A stretch of DNA of 64,000 nt from Fimicolochytrium jonesii. Lineage: Eukaryota. The stretch spans positions 496,001-560,000 of the forward strand of contig NW_026515669.1 in the NCBI RefSeq assembly GCF_025526975.1, written 5' to 3'. The notes under the pieces are model-generated. The model ran no database searches, was not told where the DNA came from, and was given only the letters and a program-made list of their open reading frames with translations. Each line of letters starts with the position of its first letter. Position 1 is the stretch's first letter. A program made the position numbers and the translations under genes. Positions 1-13,154 of this stretch are shown here, in pieces.

Positions 1-1434
1 GTCTGACTCAGCTAAAGCGGCCGTGGCTCCTTGCGGATCCATTTCGAGTGGTGCTGCAGAGATGAGCTGTTCGGCAGGTTCTGGAGGCGGCGTCGTTGCA
101 AGCTCCTCCGCGACTTCCGGATTCGCATGCAGGACAATGACTGCTTTGGACTCTTTTCGTTTCCTTTTAGGTTTTATTGAACTTCGCCTTCTCACGACCG
201 GTGGCGGTGGTGGATCCTCGACGGCGGCCTCGACGGCGGCCTCGAGGGGCGGTGTCGGTGGGATTTCGACTGAAGTTGCAGGAGGCGGTACTGGGGTGTG
301 TGGGATGGACTTCGCTAGAGGTTTTGGCCGCGGGCGTTCTTTTCGCAGCGGAGGCAACAGCCTCCGGGGCTTCCCTACAATTTGCTTGTTGGCTTGAATC
401 GCGTCGGGCCGCGCTGGAGTGAACATCGAGGGTGGCGAGCGCTCGACCGGTGCTGGTGTCTTGAAGGGTGTCTTGAAGGGTTATTGTAGATGCGATAAGT
501 AGTGCAACCTACAAATTGCACGCCGCCATTGGTGAGCTATACCTGCTGTTTCGCCATCATAAGCAGACGGGGACTTGATCCGTAGAAGGGCATCTTCTTG
601 GTATATCGATGGGGTAACAGGCGCGCCAGGTGATGTCCGTCTTTCTTCACGTCCACCGTCTCCACCGTTTTCATCTCTAAACGCATGTCCTACCAACGGT
701 CAACCAGACTCACGGTTTGATGGTGTTTCCGCGAAACATGCAGCCGCTCACCGGTAAAAATCCGAAAGTACCCTTCCGGCGTGATCTCATCTGGTATATT
801 GCCCAATACTGGCATTCTCCTTACAATAGAGGGTATGGGTATCGCCGATATCGAATTCGATTTCCTGTTCACTTCCATAGGAACAGAGAGCTCCGCCGCT
901 CGTAACTGATGAAGACCCATTCCTTTCAATCAAAGGCACCGACCGCACACGTGAAGTGTAGCCACCCACCCATTCACAATCCAGCCGCCCAACCATCTTC
1001 TCCTTCAGAGGCCTCAAACTCCTCCCTTGTCTCGGCAGCACCCCGTCCACAATCTTATTGAAGTTGAAGATGGGCATATTATTTCTCGGCGTAACCGGAG
1101 CCAGTGTCCTTCTCGTCCCATTTCGCAGCGTTTTCGCAGGGAGAGGGAGGCGGGATGCATTCCCTTCCAACTTCGTTGGGGAGTTGTCCTCGTCAGCAAA
1201 ACGAGCTGTTCGTTGGCGAGTGGCTTTGCTGGAACGCTGTTCTTTCCTGGCCTCCTCGCTGTCTGGAGGTAAGGCATACACAAGACCGCTAGAGATATCC
1301 ACGTCGAGACTAATCGAAGTGGAATCTTCCGGTCCTCCCGCGTCAATGACTTCTCCCTCATCTTCACCCTCCTCATGTGCATCTTGGTCGAAAGCAGAAA
1401 CGCATTCGGACGCGAGGACATCAACGAGAGCCAT
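1..1434 (-). CDS. Hypothetical multi-exon, low-complexity protein; 3' end runs off the window
   Basis: ATG at 1434 preceded by an in-frame stop. Long open segments on the minus strand at about 990-1434, 540-700 and 1-440 (Pro/Glu/Ala-rich: ...PPPPVVRRRSSIKPKRKRKESK...). No recognisable domain. Confidence 0.55.
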
Positions 1435-2301
1435 CGTGAAGATTGCTTAGAGAAGTTCGACTTCGACCCCGTCCGACGAGCTACTATGCTTGCTTCACTC
1501 CCGCTGCCGCCTCCGAAACAGTCCTGTTGAGTGGGTTCGCACATCGTATCTTTCTGTGCTGCGCCAACGCCTTCGGAAAGAAACGTAAGGTTAAGTTTCA
1601 AGCGAGTCTCGCGATCGAGGCTTGCGTCTCGCGTGTTCCCAAGGCGCACAGAAGAGCCCTTCGGTCAGCTATTTGATGTGACCTTTGCACCTTCTGCACA
1701 TGGATAAGCACAGGTAAAAGGCGAATAGCTCAAGGGGAAAGGCACCAGAAGACACCCAATTAGGTTGACGGACATCCCGGCCGTTCCAGTCGGACTCCGC
1801 TCCGTGATGTGTCACGGTTGGTCCAGCTATGCCATGAGGGCCGGTTTCTCACTTCGTTCTCGGAGGACAAGATGGAACTTGTACACAGTAGAACGGTCCT
1901 ACTAGAACCTCTTTGATACGATTTTCCGGTCCCGACGCTGGGACTTGAGGATAATATTATCACCTCTTCTGAGTCCTGACAGTCCCATTGATATCATGTT
2001 CCATTCCATTCGTAACCCTAACCAGCTTGCAACCTAGCGAAAACTGACCCAAGATCGATTAGGCCCTCCCTGAGGCCCTCCCTCCGTTCAATTATCGCCT
2101 CATTTTTGCTCGGGGTCGCAAATAGAATACAAAAGAGGTTGTGGTGTAGTGGAAAGTTACGGAACAACAAGCCTCGTGGTTCAAGTTATCCTGCTCTATG
2201 GACACAACCCTATATTACAATTTACGGTTCGTGGGCGTTTATGAGTGGTCCAGCTGCTCGGCCACGGAAGCCTTGTCTGGAAGTCTCCTGTAGATGTACT
2301 G

Positions 2302-2308
2302 TATAAAA
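2302..2308 (+). promoter_or_regulatory. TATA box (TATAAAA) upstream of the beta-lactamase-like gene
   Basis: Consensus TATAAAA about 95 nt before ATG 2398. Confidence 0.5.
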
Positions 2309-2397
2309 GGGCTGGCTCTGTTGCATACCCCCTGAGTCGTCTGTTCGCGGCGTAAACTCTTTCTATCTTTCAAGTGAACACCTGCCCAGCAAAAATC

Positions 2398-4061
2398 ATG
2401 ACTTGGACAGAAACTGACGGAGCTCTCCTCGAGAAGCTCGAGGCTCAGATCCTCCCCGGCGACGCTCCGATCGAGAAACGTCTCCTAGCTGAGATCGTCC
2501 CCGGCTTCTCCCTCGCAGTCCTGAACAACTACGAAGTTACTTGGACGAAAACCTACGGAGTTCGGGACAACTCCGCTTATGGCGCAGAGCGCAAGCACGT
2601 CGACAGCGAAACCCTCTTCCAGGCCGCGTCTATCAGCAAGACCTTGACTGCTTTCGCAGTCTTGCGCTTGGTGGACCAGGGTGTGCTTGATCTCGACAAG
2701 GACGTTCACACGTACTTGAAGAAATGGAAGTTTCCCGCGGGGAGCCCCACGGTTACTCTGCGCCTTCTACTTTCTCATCGCGCCGGGGTCAATGTTAGCG
2801 GATATCCTGGATTTGCGAGAGGAAACCCGGACATCCCGGATATTGTTACCTCCCTCAACGGTGAGGGTTCCACCACGACTTCCAAGGTGGTAATCGACTC
2901 TGTTCCAGGCATCGCCGAAAAGTACTCCGGAGGCGGGTACTCTGTTGTGCAAGTGGTATTGGAGGATGTTGTTGGCAAACCGTTCGATGAGCTGATGGAT
3001 GAGCTGGTCTTGAAGCCATGTGGAATGCACAGGTCCACTTTCAAATTGTGCACCGCGGAGCCTCCGTCCGACAACACCGCTTCCGGACACATGTTTGGTC
3101 CCGCGAGCGTGGGTGGCGGATTTCTTGTCTACCCTGAGATGGCCGCCGCTGGCTTGTGGACAACGCCAGCCGAACTCGCTCGGTTCGCGATGGCGATCGG
3201 ACAGTCCGTTCGCCAGGTGTTGCCATCGGTTGTGGAAGCCGAAGCCGCCGAGGACGTGGTAAAGTTCGACGGCCCACTGCTTTCCCCTTCGGCGGCCAAG
3301 GAGTTTATCACCATCCCTGGTATGGCGGGTGAGCACACTGGAGATTCAAAGGGAATGGCTTTGGGCGTCAATGTCGCTGGCCGGAACGAGCGGATGCGGT
3401 TATCGGTATGTTTAGGCTGTTCTGTTCCACAGGTCCGAGGACGGGGAGGGAGGGGTGTTGGCCCAACCACCTCGCTCTCAAAAGCTAACCTTCAATTTGA
3501 TATCAAAAACACTTCGCTGAATAGCATGCGGGTGGCAACCATGGATTCCTATCCAATATGGAGATCAACCCGTTCTCCGGCTTCGGCTCAGTCATCATGT
3601 ACAACGGGCATGACGAGAGTTATAGTATCAGGCGTCAAGTCATCTCCGCTCTCGGCGGGATTTACAAGTGGCCTGACACGGCCGAGAGCAAAGATACCTC
3701 TCAGAACGGCGGAGCGAAGACGGAAGAGATGGCGAAAGAGGTTGACTGGAACCTGCTGTCCGGCACCTACAAAACGGACGAAAATCGGGAGATCATCGTC
3801 AGCGCGGACTCGACCTGCTCCTTCCCTCCGTTTGCCAAGGGACCGTTCACTCTGAAGAGAAAGCGGGACAACAAGTTTGAGATCGTCGGACTGACCGAAT
3901 CCTCTTTGGAGTTTGAATTTGAGGAGGCGGAGAAGACAGGGGAAGATGCCGCTGCCACCAAGGGCTCTGCTGCGGTCTCGGTCGCGTACGCTTCATCGCA
4001 GAGCGGGGGTGAAGCATGGGCAGCTCCCTCTACCGTGACCGCCAAGCGGGTGAAGGGGTGA
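2398..4061 (+). CDS. Beta-lactamase/class C-like serine hydrolase (2 exons; intron 3406-3524)
   Basis: FQAASISK (SxxK), LLSHRAG, YSGGGY and AAAGLWTT motifs. Splicing the GTATGT...TAG intron gives HAGGNHGF (HxG motif) joined to ORF 3558-4061. Confidence 0.9.
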
Positions 4062-4640
4062 AGGGGTGAAGGCATGGTGTTGACACTAATGTAGTTATTG
4101 ATTCGCAATCTGATGCATATATTCCGAAAACCCATTCGGATTGTAAACTCATATATCTCCAATTCATATCACGGACGTTTCTCCTCACCGTGAAGCTGCG
4201 GCGGCCGCATGTGAAAGTCATCTAAATGGAAATGTTCCATCACCCAGATCAACAGCAGAAGCCAGTCTTCCATACGAGAATGGACATTATTGTTCGCGAC
4301 GGAGCCATTCTCAGAACGAATCCAAGGTCGTCCTGGCGAAGCAGATTTAGGCGTCGACAAAGAAAAGCCGTCAGTACGTACCGAATACCCGGAAATTGCG
4401 CGGTGCCGAGCCCGCGGTAAGGGCAGTCAGGGTCCTCTTCAAATGTTCAGGCTTCCCCTCTCGACTCTCAACTCTTAACTCAGCATCTTGGAGCACTTTC
4501 TTGGCGCATCCCGAGGACCAGTGAGCTGTCCGCGCCCCCTAAGTTCCGCTCCATAGGTAGTCCTACTTGAGCTGTCCGTAGATTTTGCCGTCGCCTGTTC
4601 CAGGATACACCTCCTCAAGTCAAATATTGAAAGCACAGTT

Positions 4641-7600
4641 ATGGAGGACGTTTCGGTGCAGCTCCTCGACTTCCAGAAGCAGATGGCGACAGACCTACTG
4701 TCATATTCCCCAGTGGCTCCAAAGTCGTCCTCAGCTCTCGCAGCAACAGCACCACAGGGAAGCGAGGGAAAAGGCGACGGTCTGCTGATCGCAGCGAAAG
4801 GGCTTGGCCTGCGAAATGTGTTGCTGGCCTTCCTACAGATCTACGCTGACCCTCGCGGACTGGTGCTGTTGCTGAACACACCCTCGCGAGAGGTGCAGGT
4901 GCTGAAAGAGGATTTGATGAATATCACGGCGTCTAGGGATGCTATTACGGATGAGGAGGGTGGGCCGGTTCATCCCAACTTGTTCAGGTCGATCAATAAC
5001 GAGACACAGGCTAGCGAGAGGTAAGCCGTGTGACGTTTGTCGGATGGGATTGGGAGCGACTAGGAGATTGGGTGGATAGAGAGTATAGGTCATAGGAAGG
5101 CACCTGGTTCTCGTGTATTATGTGCTTTATCTCTGAATATCAAAATGACATTAGTAAAGTGTTTGTCGATGCCATGCAGATCTGAGCTTTACTTGACCGG
5201 CGGCGTGTTATCAGTGACCTCCCGAATCCTTATCGTCGACATGCTGAACAAAGTGGTTCCTTTCGACAAGGTGTTGGGGATCATAGTGAATCATGCTCAC
5301 AGGTTCGCAGACTCTATATTCGGCTCCTTGTTGCCTGCAATGTTACTCATTCCTTCAGTCGTTCCCCGAACAATATGAAGAGTGACAGACACGTCAACGG
5401 AAGCTTTCATCCTGCGGCTTTTCCGAGATGACAACAAGGTATATTTTCCTGATGCCCTCTCATGAAACATGAATCAAGGTCCTGACACTTCCAAAGGAAG
5501 GGTTCATCAAAGCCCTATCGGATGAGCCGGAAGCCTTCACGCATGGGTTCTGGAAATTGGAAAGATCCATGAAGACGCTTTTCCAGCGACATGTGTTCCT
5601 ATGGCCCAGGTAAAACGCAGGAAGTTCAGTTGAGCCCATCGAACTATTCTCAAGCTGTTGCGTTGTGGCAGGTTTCACATGACTGTAACGGAGGACATCA
5701 ACCGAGGAAACGTACAGCTCCATGAGTGCAAGGTAGTGAATGACCCGACTTCCTTTCAAATTGCAGCATGCACATGGTTCTGATCTGGATTTGCACAGGT
5801 TAAGCTCACTAAAAGCATGAAGGAGATCCAGGCCGCGCTCATCGACTGTGTAGATCAGTGTTTGGCGGAACTCCGGAGGTCAAATCCAAGTGTGCGTCAT
5901 CGACGTTGTAGAGTGTTGGCAGAGCTGCAAAGACGATACTGATGTGGGCATATGACTCCGAACAGATCGACGCCGAAGAGCTCACGGTAGAGAATGCCTT
6001 CTTCAAATCATTTGACCAGCTCGTGCGGGCACAGCTGGACCCCATCTGGCACCGCGTTTCCACGAAAACAAAGCTGCTTGTCAGCGACCTGAAGATCCTC
6101 CGGCGGTTGTTGAGGTATATGAACCCGTTTGTTCCTGAAGCACCACCGAAAATTTACCCCCGATATCAACAGTTACCTGATCTCATACGACTGCGTCACA
6201 TTCAACTCCTTCCTCGAGACCATCGTCGCTTCAAACGCCACGGATGCAAGCGCGGTCTTCCGTGCAGAATCAAACCAGAGTCCGTGGCTCCTGCTGGATT
6301 CGGCACATGTGGTGTTGTCTGCAGCCAGACAAAGAGTATATCGTCGAGCAGTCGAAAAGCAAGGAGATCTGGACGCAGGGATTCCCCCTGGCATCGAAGC
6401 GACACTGGAGGAACAACCGAAGTGGAGGGTGTTGAGGGACATCTTGAGGCAGATTGAGCGTGATAGGACCCTTCGGACAGAGCGTGGAGAGAGCAAGTAT
6501 ATATAAATGGGTCCCAACTTGCGCTTGTAGAGGCTAACATGTATACGTCTTGATGCGCAGCCCCCGGCCCAGTCCTAGTAATGGTGGACGGTGACCGATC
6601 CTGCAACCAGCTCCGAGAAATCATCGACAAATGCGACCTTACCTTCATCAAACCAGAGCCAGAAGCGGTCCATCGTTCATGCGAAGTGGTCGACAGCGAC
6701 GCTGTGTCCCAGCAACACGCCCGATCGAAAGGGAAAAGTCGAAAGCGGGCGTTGAATTCTGAGGAAACGCGACATGGCGAAGAGAAAGATAATGAGCCCG
6801 ACGTCCCGGCCGCGGTGCATGAGTTCTTCACGCCGGGCTCGGAATCGTTGCTGAAGCGGCTGTTGAAGCGGTATTTCAAGTGGAAGGGAGGAATGTCACT
6901 GGTGACGAAGAACCTGTTTCGGAAGGCACCAAGCACTAGCACTTCTGCGGCGCCGTCGCGGGCAAATAGTGGGTTGTCGGAAGGTAGGTTCCGGGTGCTT
7001 TTGTATTTGATGGTTTCAGGCAAGTACCAACGTAATGGTCCGGATTATAGGAAATGGGAACGACGCATTTGGCCGTGGAACCGGCCGTGGCACTGCCCCT
7101 CCCAATAAACGGAGGCGGACGCGCGGTGGTGGCAGCGGCGGAGGATCACCATCAGAAGGCAGGAATCATGCGGCGGGTATTGGACAGACAGGCATGCCTG
7201 TGACCTTTGAGGAGGAGGCTGCTCGAATTGCCGAATTGTAAGTTATCGTGGGATATAGAACCTCAACGTTCACGATCGACCCTGCGTGTTGACGCACCCA
7301 TCAACAGTCTAAGTCAAATCGAACCACCCCTCGAAGACGAAGAGCCGATGGACGTTGACGCTCTGGACGATCGGCCTCCCCAACTATTGAACGGTGAAGA
7401 CGTATACACGCTCATCCCGAGCTCCCACGCCGTCGTTCTCCGCCCGTACGCAACGACATCCATGTCCCTCGCGGGCGCATCCGTGTCGAATGGTGACGAT
7501 GATGCCAGGGTGTTGGAAGACTTGAGGCCGGAGTATGTGGTGATGTATGACCCGGATCTGGGCTTCGTGAGGCGGGTGGAGGTGAGACAAGAGCTGCGAT

Positions 7601-9042
7601 GAGCGCTTATGCCACTCCGTGCGCGCTGGACGAGTACTCATCTGGCCCGATTCTGCACAGTGCTTCAAGGCGCTGAATCCGTCTATGAACCTCAACGTCT
7701 ATTTCATGGTGTATGAGGACTCTGTGGAGGAGCAGCGCTTCTTGTCCGGCATCCGCAAGGAGAAGTCCGCGTTTGAGAAGCTCATCCGCGAGAAAAGTGT
7801 AAGCATTCTTCTGCGTCCTGAATTCCCCCATTGTCTGAGGAAAGATTTTGACGGGCACTCTCTTCTCGCCAGATCATGGCCATACCCATTGATCAAGATG
7901 GTCGTATTGCGCGAGATCCGGAGGAAGAGTTCTGGCGAAAGCTGGACACGCGTTTAGCGGGTGGGCAACGGATACCTGCCGAGCAGAAGAACCAGGTAGG
8001 CCAGCCCAAAATATGAGCTCGCGCTCTGCGGTCTCATCGAACCGATTGTCTGTATTGAACAGGTGATAGTCGACGTCCGCGAATTCCGCTCCTCCCTCCC
8101 CTCCCTCATTCACGCGCAACGCATGACCATCCGGGCCTGCACACTCGAAGTCGGCGATTACGTCCTCTCTCCCCACATCTGCGTCGAGCGCAAATCCCTC
8201 TCCGACCTGATCTCCTCCCTCAAGTCCGGCCGACTGTACACGCAATGCGAAGCCATGTCGCTGCACTACAAGATCCCTGTGCTGCTGATCGAGTTTGACA
8301 AGGCGAAGGCGTTCTCGCTGCATTCGGATCGCGAGACGAAGGGAGAGATTGATGCGAAGGATGTGGGCAGTCGGTTGTGCTTGTTATGTTTGCATTTTCC
8401 AAAGTTGAGGATGGTGTGGAGTTCGAGTCCGGCGGCTACTGCGGAGATCTTTGAGGATTTGAAGGTGCGTCTTGGCAGAGCGTAGGGGTCGCATGGGGCG
8501 TTCTTGGGCTTGCAATGTGTTAAGATCTTTTCATGCCCGATTTTCCCACCCAGAAAAACCAAGAGGAGCCAAACATGGAGGAAGCCATGGCGGTCGGTGT
8601 TGACAACCCGGAAACAATCGACAGCGCGTTTGCCATTACTCCATCCGTACGTTCTTCCCCTTCTCATGTGTTCCGTCCATTTCATTCACATCCGCACATG
8701 TCTCACATGCATCCTTCCTCTGTCGCTCCTTGAACCCTGACAACACCACACACAAACTCACAGGACATCCTCCGTGCCCTCCCCGGCATCACGTCCAAAA
8801 ACTACCGCTACGTCATGTCCAAAGTGCGCAACATCGAAGAACTCAGCGAGATGGGGCTCGAGGATTGTCAGGAGCTGCTTGGCCAGGAGTTCGGCCGCAG
8901 TTTGTACAATTTCTTTAGGCAGGATCCGACAAAGGAGCCGCCGGGGGCTGTGGCTGGAGCAGAGGCAGGGACCGGAGCTGCTGCGGGTGTCGCGGCGGGC
9001 GGGAATACGGATAGGGGAAGAGGGGGAAAACGGCGGGCGTAG
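4641..9042 (+). CDS. RAD1: DNA repair endonuclease XPF/ERCC4 (Rad1/Rad16), many exons
   Basis: LLDFQKQ start, [28 protein letters not shown], nuclease domain [12 protein letters not shown]...[17 protein letters not shown]-terminal HhH (LRALPGIT). Confidence 0.96.
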
Positions 9043-9376
9043 AATGGCGTATGGATGTGACGGGAATCGCGTATGGCCTCCGGCTACCCCGGATTTTGGG
9101 AGGTTACGGAGATTCTGGAAGTAATAGGAAGCAGCAGTCTCTCCTAGCGTCACTTGTTTGCATAAACATCGGCATATGCAGAGGATAGATTCGGAAATGT
9201 ACTGTATGTAGAGTACGACTGATCTCTAGGTACAAGTTTCGGCAATGCAATGAACACACGCCTAGATAAGATTTACATAACCGGTGAGAAGCCCCTACCT
9301 CTCGGCGTCTATACTCTATGCTAAATGAGAAGAAACGGGGCACGACATTGCCCGAGGTAGGGATCTGCTATACACC

Positions 9377-11691
9377 CTACAAGTACGCCACACCAATCCC
9401 AAACTGGAATCCCGGCTTCAGCACGTCAGACCTGGTAGCCGTCACAGGCAAGCAGTAGTTGAGTTCCAAGCGGAGGATGCTGAATCGGACGGCGAGACCG
9501 AGCCCCGCGGACACGGAGGGCGTGGCGAACACTATGCGGGCCGTTTCTGCTGGCGGGGTGGCTGCGACAATTATGGAGTGGAGGAGGAAGGAAAGGGAAT
9601 GATGTGAGTTACACGCTCAAGATGGGAACGAATTGCAGGATGAAAAGCCTTTCCAGACCTGTGTTGACTTGCGCCAGCGATCCTCCGTTTAGGAACACGT
9701 GTCCCTTTATTGGCTTGTCGCGGAGGTAAGGCAATGGGGTGAAGAGACTGAGGCCTGCCGCCCAGTAAGCGTCTCCACCTATCGCATCCTCTGTAATGCA
9801 AGAAGGAGCGGACGTTTAGCATTCCGGTTTCATAGCATGCGGAGGGGCCTGTCCAGTCTTACTCTTGTCCATGGGCCCGATCCCACTTTGCCGGAATCCC
9901 CTCACGGTGTTGGGACCTCCCAGGGTAAATCGGTCGTTGATCCGCATCCGGTGGCCTGTGAACGGCACAACAAGTCCTCCGCGGGCGGATGTGGTGAAAA
10001 TCTGCACGACAGTCGAAAAATCAGTCAATCCCCCTCACAAAATGCGACTGGCTATCCAAACGAGGAAGACACGGGACAACGAAACGTACGAAACCGTTCC
10101 CAAGACTCCGAACCCACTGGCCTTCCGCCTCTCCCTTCATGAACTTCACGTCACCGCCCAGTCCCGCCAATTCCTAGGATATTCTGTGAGCGCATGCATG
10201 AGAGGCAACAACCAGGTTGCTAAACGTTGCCCACCTCTCTTGTTCGGATGTAGCTTCCCGTTGTAGGTAGCATAGGATCGTCGCGATGGTCCTTCGCATA
10301 TGTGTGGCTGATTGCGGATTTGAGGGTGTGGCCGGCATCCTGTCGCACACTGTGTGGAACCGCGCCAGAGCACCAGTCGTCAGTCTTTGCACTGAAAAGC
10401 ACGCCAGTGAAGTCTCCCACCTCCACGAAGCGCTCTGCGCCAGACTGTGGACACGTCGCCATGCCACATCGTATGCTAATTCGTGTGTGCCTCGGAAGAT
10501 GTCTGCTGTCTGTAACCAGACAAGAAGGATCGTAAACCTAATGCTCCCTTCCACCAACCTCTCCCTGCCAAGCCCCTCTGTACCTTGTATCGCGCAGACA
10601 GTCCCTTCGTCTCTTCTTCGTGCGATTGGTGCAACGACATGTTTCGATTGGTACTATACGCCGCAAACTCGGCGCGGGCGTCCGGATCCACATGGTTCGG
10701 CCTTTGGAACACCGGTTTTGGTAGAATCGGTTTGCTGAGTAGAAGCTGTCGGAGAGCGGCCAGCATCAGCCTCTCTGCCTTCAATCGGTCGTCCCCACAA
10801 TCCGCTGAATGCCGGAAATCCCCATCCTACCTGGAAGTAGCTCCCCGTCTCGTTGTTGTTGAAAGATGTACTTGGCTCGTTCAATGCGATGCCGGGCTGC
10901 ACGGCATACGATGCATTGGCTTCAAGCACTTCGCCTCCTCCCAACACATTCGAAATCCGCGTTGTGATATTCTGATGTATCGCATGCCGAGGAAAGACCA
11001 TCAGCAAAAATGCCCCTGTCCGCCGGAGGAGTATCCACGGTAACGAATCCTCCCATCCTCACCGTCGTGGTATCATAATTCGAAAAGTCCGCCCCGGTCC
11101 TCGCATAAAACCTCGGCGCCTCCGTCACATTCAGCACTACATCCACAGCCTCATCATCCACCAACCCATACAGTCCCGGGTCCGCCGTGTCCAGCGTCAC
11201 GCCCACGGTCCGGAACACGCCAAGCCGAGATATCCGGTGACAAGCCTCCCGGGATTCTGACAGGACGTCCCCTAGGTTCTGGGATTCGAGAATTGGCCGG
11301 ACGAGCGGCTCGACCACTGAACGCTTGGTATGTTCGATTCCTTCTAGACGGATTGAGTTCACGCGCATGCGGCGATCTTGCGAGTCCGCTACCTAGAATT
11401 CCAAGTGACACAAAGAAAACGGAAGGGAAAGGGAATTGAGCAGAATTGAGTTGTCTTCCAGTATGCGACAAGTCCTTTCCGGTCTCCCTATATCTGCAGG
11501 CCGCAGACCCAAGGCGCCCCTCATAGCGGATACTTTGATTATATCAAACGTACAAGCGTGGTAAGCCTCTGCACCTCCTGCTGGCGGCGGAACACAACTT
11601 CTGGGTCCAAAGTCACCGGCGCGGGGGGCAGGTCGGCGGAAGAGCCCGGCCGAGATCCCGCCAACTTGTCGTCGTTCAGAAAGCCCTCCAT
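9377..11691 (-). CDS. SAM50: Mitochondrial outer membrane SAM complex subunit Sam50 (Omp85 family), multi-exon
   Basis: POTRA-like RVNSIRLEGIEHTK, NVLGGGEVL, DRFTLGGPNTVRGF, RLELNYCLP and the C-terminal beta-signal FQFGIGVAYL*. Confidence 0.93.
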
Positions 11692-12118
11692 AGTGGGACT
11701 TCTGTTGGGGTGTCAGAGGTGTCGAAGTCGGTCGCAAATGGGTCGAATTGTGAAGTGGGCCCGAATTGTGCACATGCAGTGGGAGTCGCGTCGCAATTGA
11801 CATCGTCGCCGGGTCGTCGCCTTTTCTGCGTTCCCTTAGACAGGCAAACCCTTCATGAGGACTGGGGACACCTTCGCTTTTATCATGCATGATTGTAAGC
11901 GGTGAAGGGAAGGTACATATACACTTTGTCCCTCCTGCAGCGATATATCAGCGGTAAACAAGCAAGCAATGAAAATGTTAAGGCATGAAATACTGATTAT
12001 CTGAACCTTTCCGACTACGGAGACATATACATAATACAAAAGGTCGAAGCTGGTATGGAGGGAAATGATGTCCTCTCCCCCCTCCCTCGTGGCAGCTGAC
12101 TCTCCCGACTATCACTAT

Positions 12119-12945
12119 CTAGTCCTCGTTGAAACTACCATAGAACTCGCCAAGCAAATCATGCCGATCCGCATCCGTCGCAGCCTCGTTCCACTCACAC
12201 TCAACCATGAACTCCGTCCACAGAGACACAAACTCCTCAAACGACTCTGCTACTGGCTTGATGCCCTCCTTCCCACTCACATCCCCAAAATAGATCTTTC
12301 CAAACTCCGTCTCCGCTTGTGAGCTTTTCCTCCGCTTCCTAACCGACCCGTCAGACAATGGCGCGATACACGCGACCCAAAACCCTACTTTCTCGGCATA
12401 CGGCCCGTCGACCTCTTCATCGTAGTCGAGGGAGATTCGCGCCAGGCCGGGGACTTTGGGGTGCAAAAGGTCTGCGTCGGCGGGGATGGTGGGCAGGCCG
12501 AAGGAGGCGGTGGAAGTCGGCTCGGTTTCGCCGGTGAGGAGCCAGAATTCGGCGATACCGGCGGGGACGCGGATAGAGGGGATTAGGGAGTCAGGGAAGG
12601 CGTGAATGAGGTCAGAGACTAACGGACCCATGGCGTCCGGGTCTCGGATGGGCTTGACGGAGGGAAGGTCCGACGGGAAGTGGGAGTGGAGGTCATCGAT
12701 GGCCGCCCGAAGGGTTGTTTGGATTTGTCCTCTGTTGTAGCAGGAGATAGGTTGAGCAGATACTTCCTATACCCCCGAAGATGTGCTTCTCTATCCGTCT
12801 GTCCCATCCCCTGTTTCCCAGGAGCCCACACGTACCTCTGGGACTGAATGAAGGCGCCTGATTGCGCGCCTTTGGGAAGGTCCTCTATGCCCTGGTAGTG
12901 CACGAGGTCTCTCCAGTCGTCGGCGTCGTCGTCGGAGGACGCCAT
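12119..12945 (-). CDS. Hypothetical protein, possible SMI1/KNR4 (SUKH)-like domain (2 exons; intron about 12733-12835)
   Basis: Exon 1 MASSDDDADDW...QSQR splices (GTACGT...CAACAG) in frame to ORF 12119-12631. VPAGIAEFW and GKIYF...VAESFEEFV resemble SUKH motifs. Confidence 0.55.
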
Positions 12946-13154
12946 TCTGTCCGTATGAAGCTTTCGCAAACCGAAGTGGGAAGGTGTCCAAGGCTCCAGC
13001 AGCTCCGAGCCTGCCCAAGCGAATGCAACCGTTTGAGGTGGTTGAAGGCGTTGAAAAGGGGATTGCAGGGACGCGTGAGAACCTCCTCAAACCCCAGCCA
13101 AAAACACGAACTGGAACGGGTGCATTTCAGTGCAGGGCGACCCATAAAGCAACA

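Noticed and set aside
1014..1649. 211-aa minus-strand ORF
   Set aside because: Alternative frame overlapping the 1434-start gene, with no recognisable motifs
2013..2022. TAACCCTAAC telomere-like word
   Set aside because: Under two repeat units; not an interstitial telomere array
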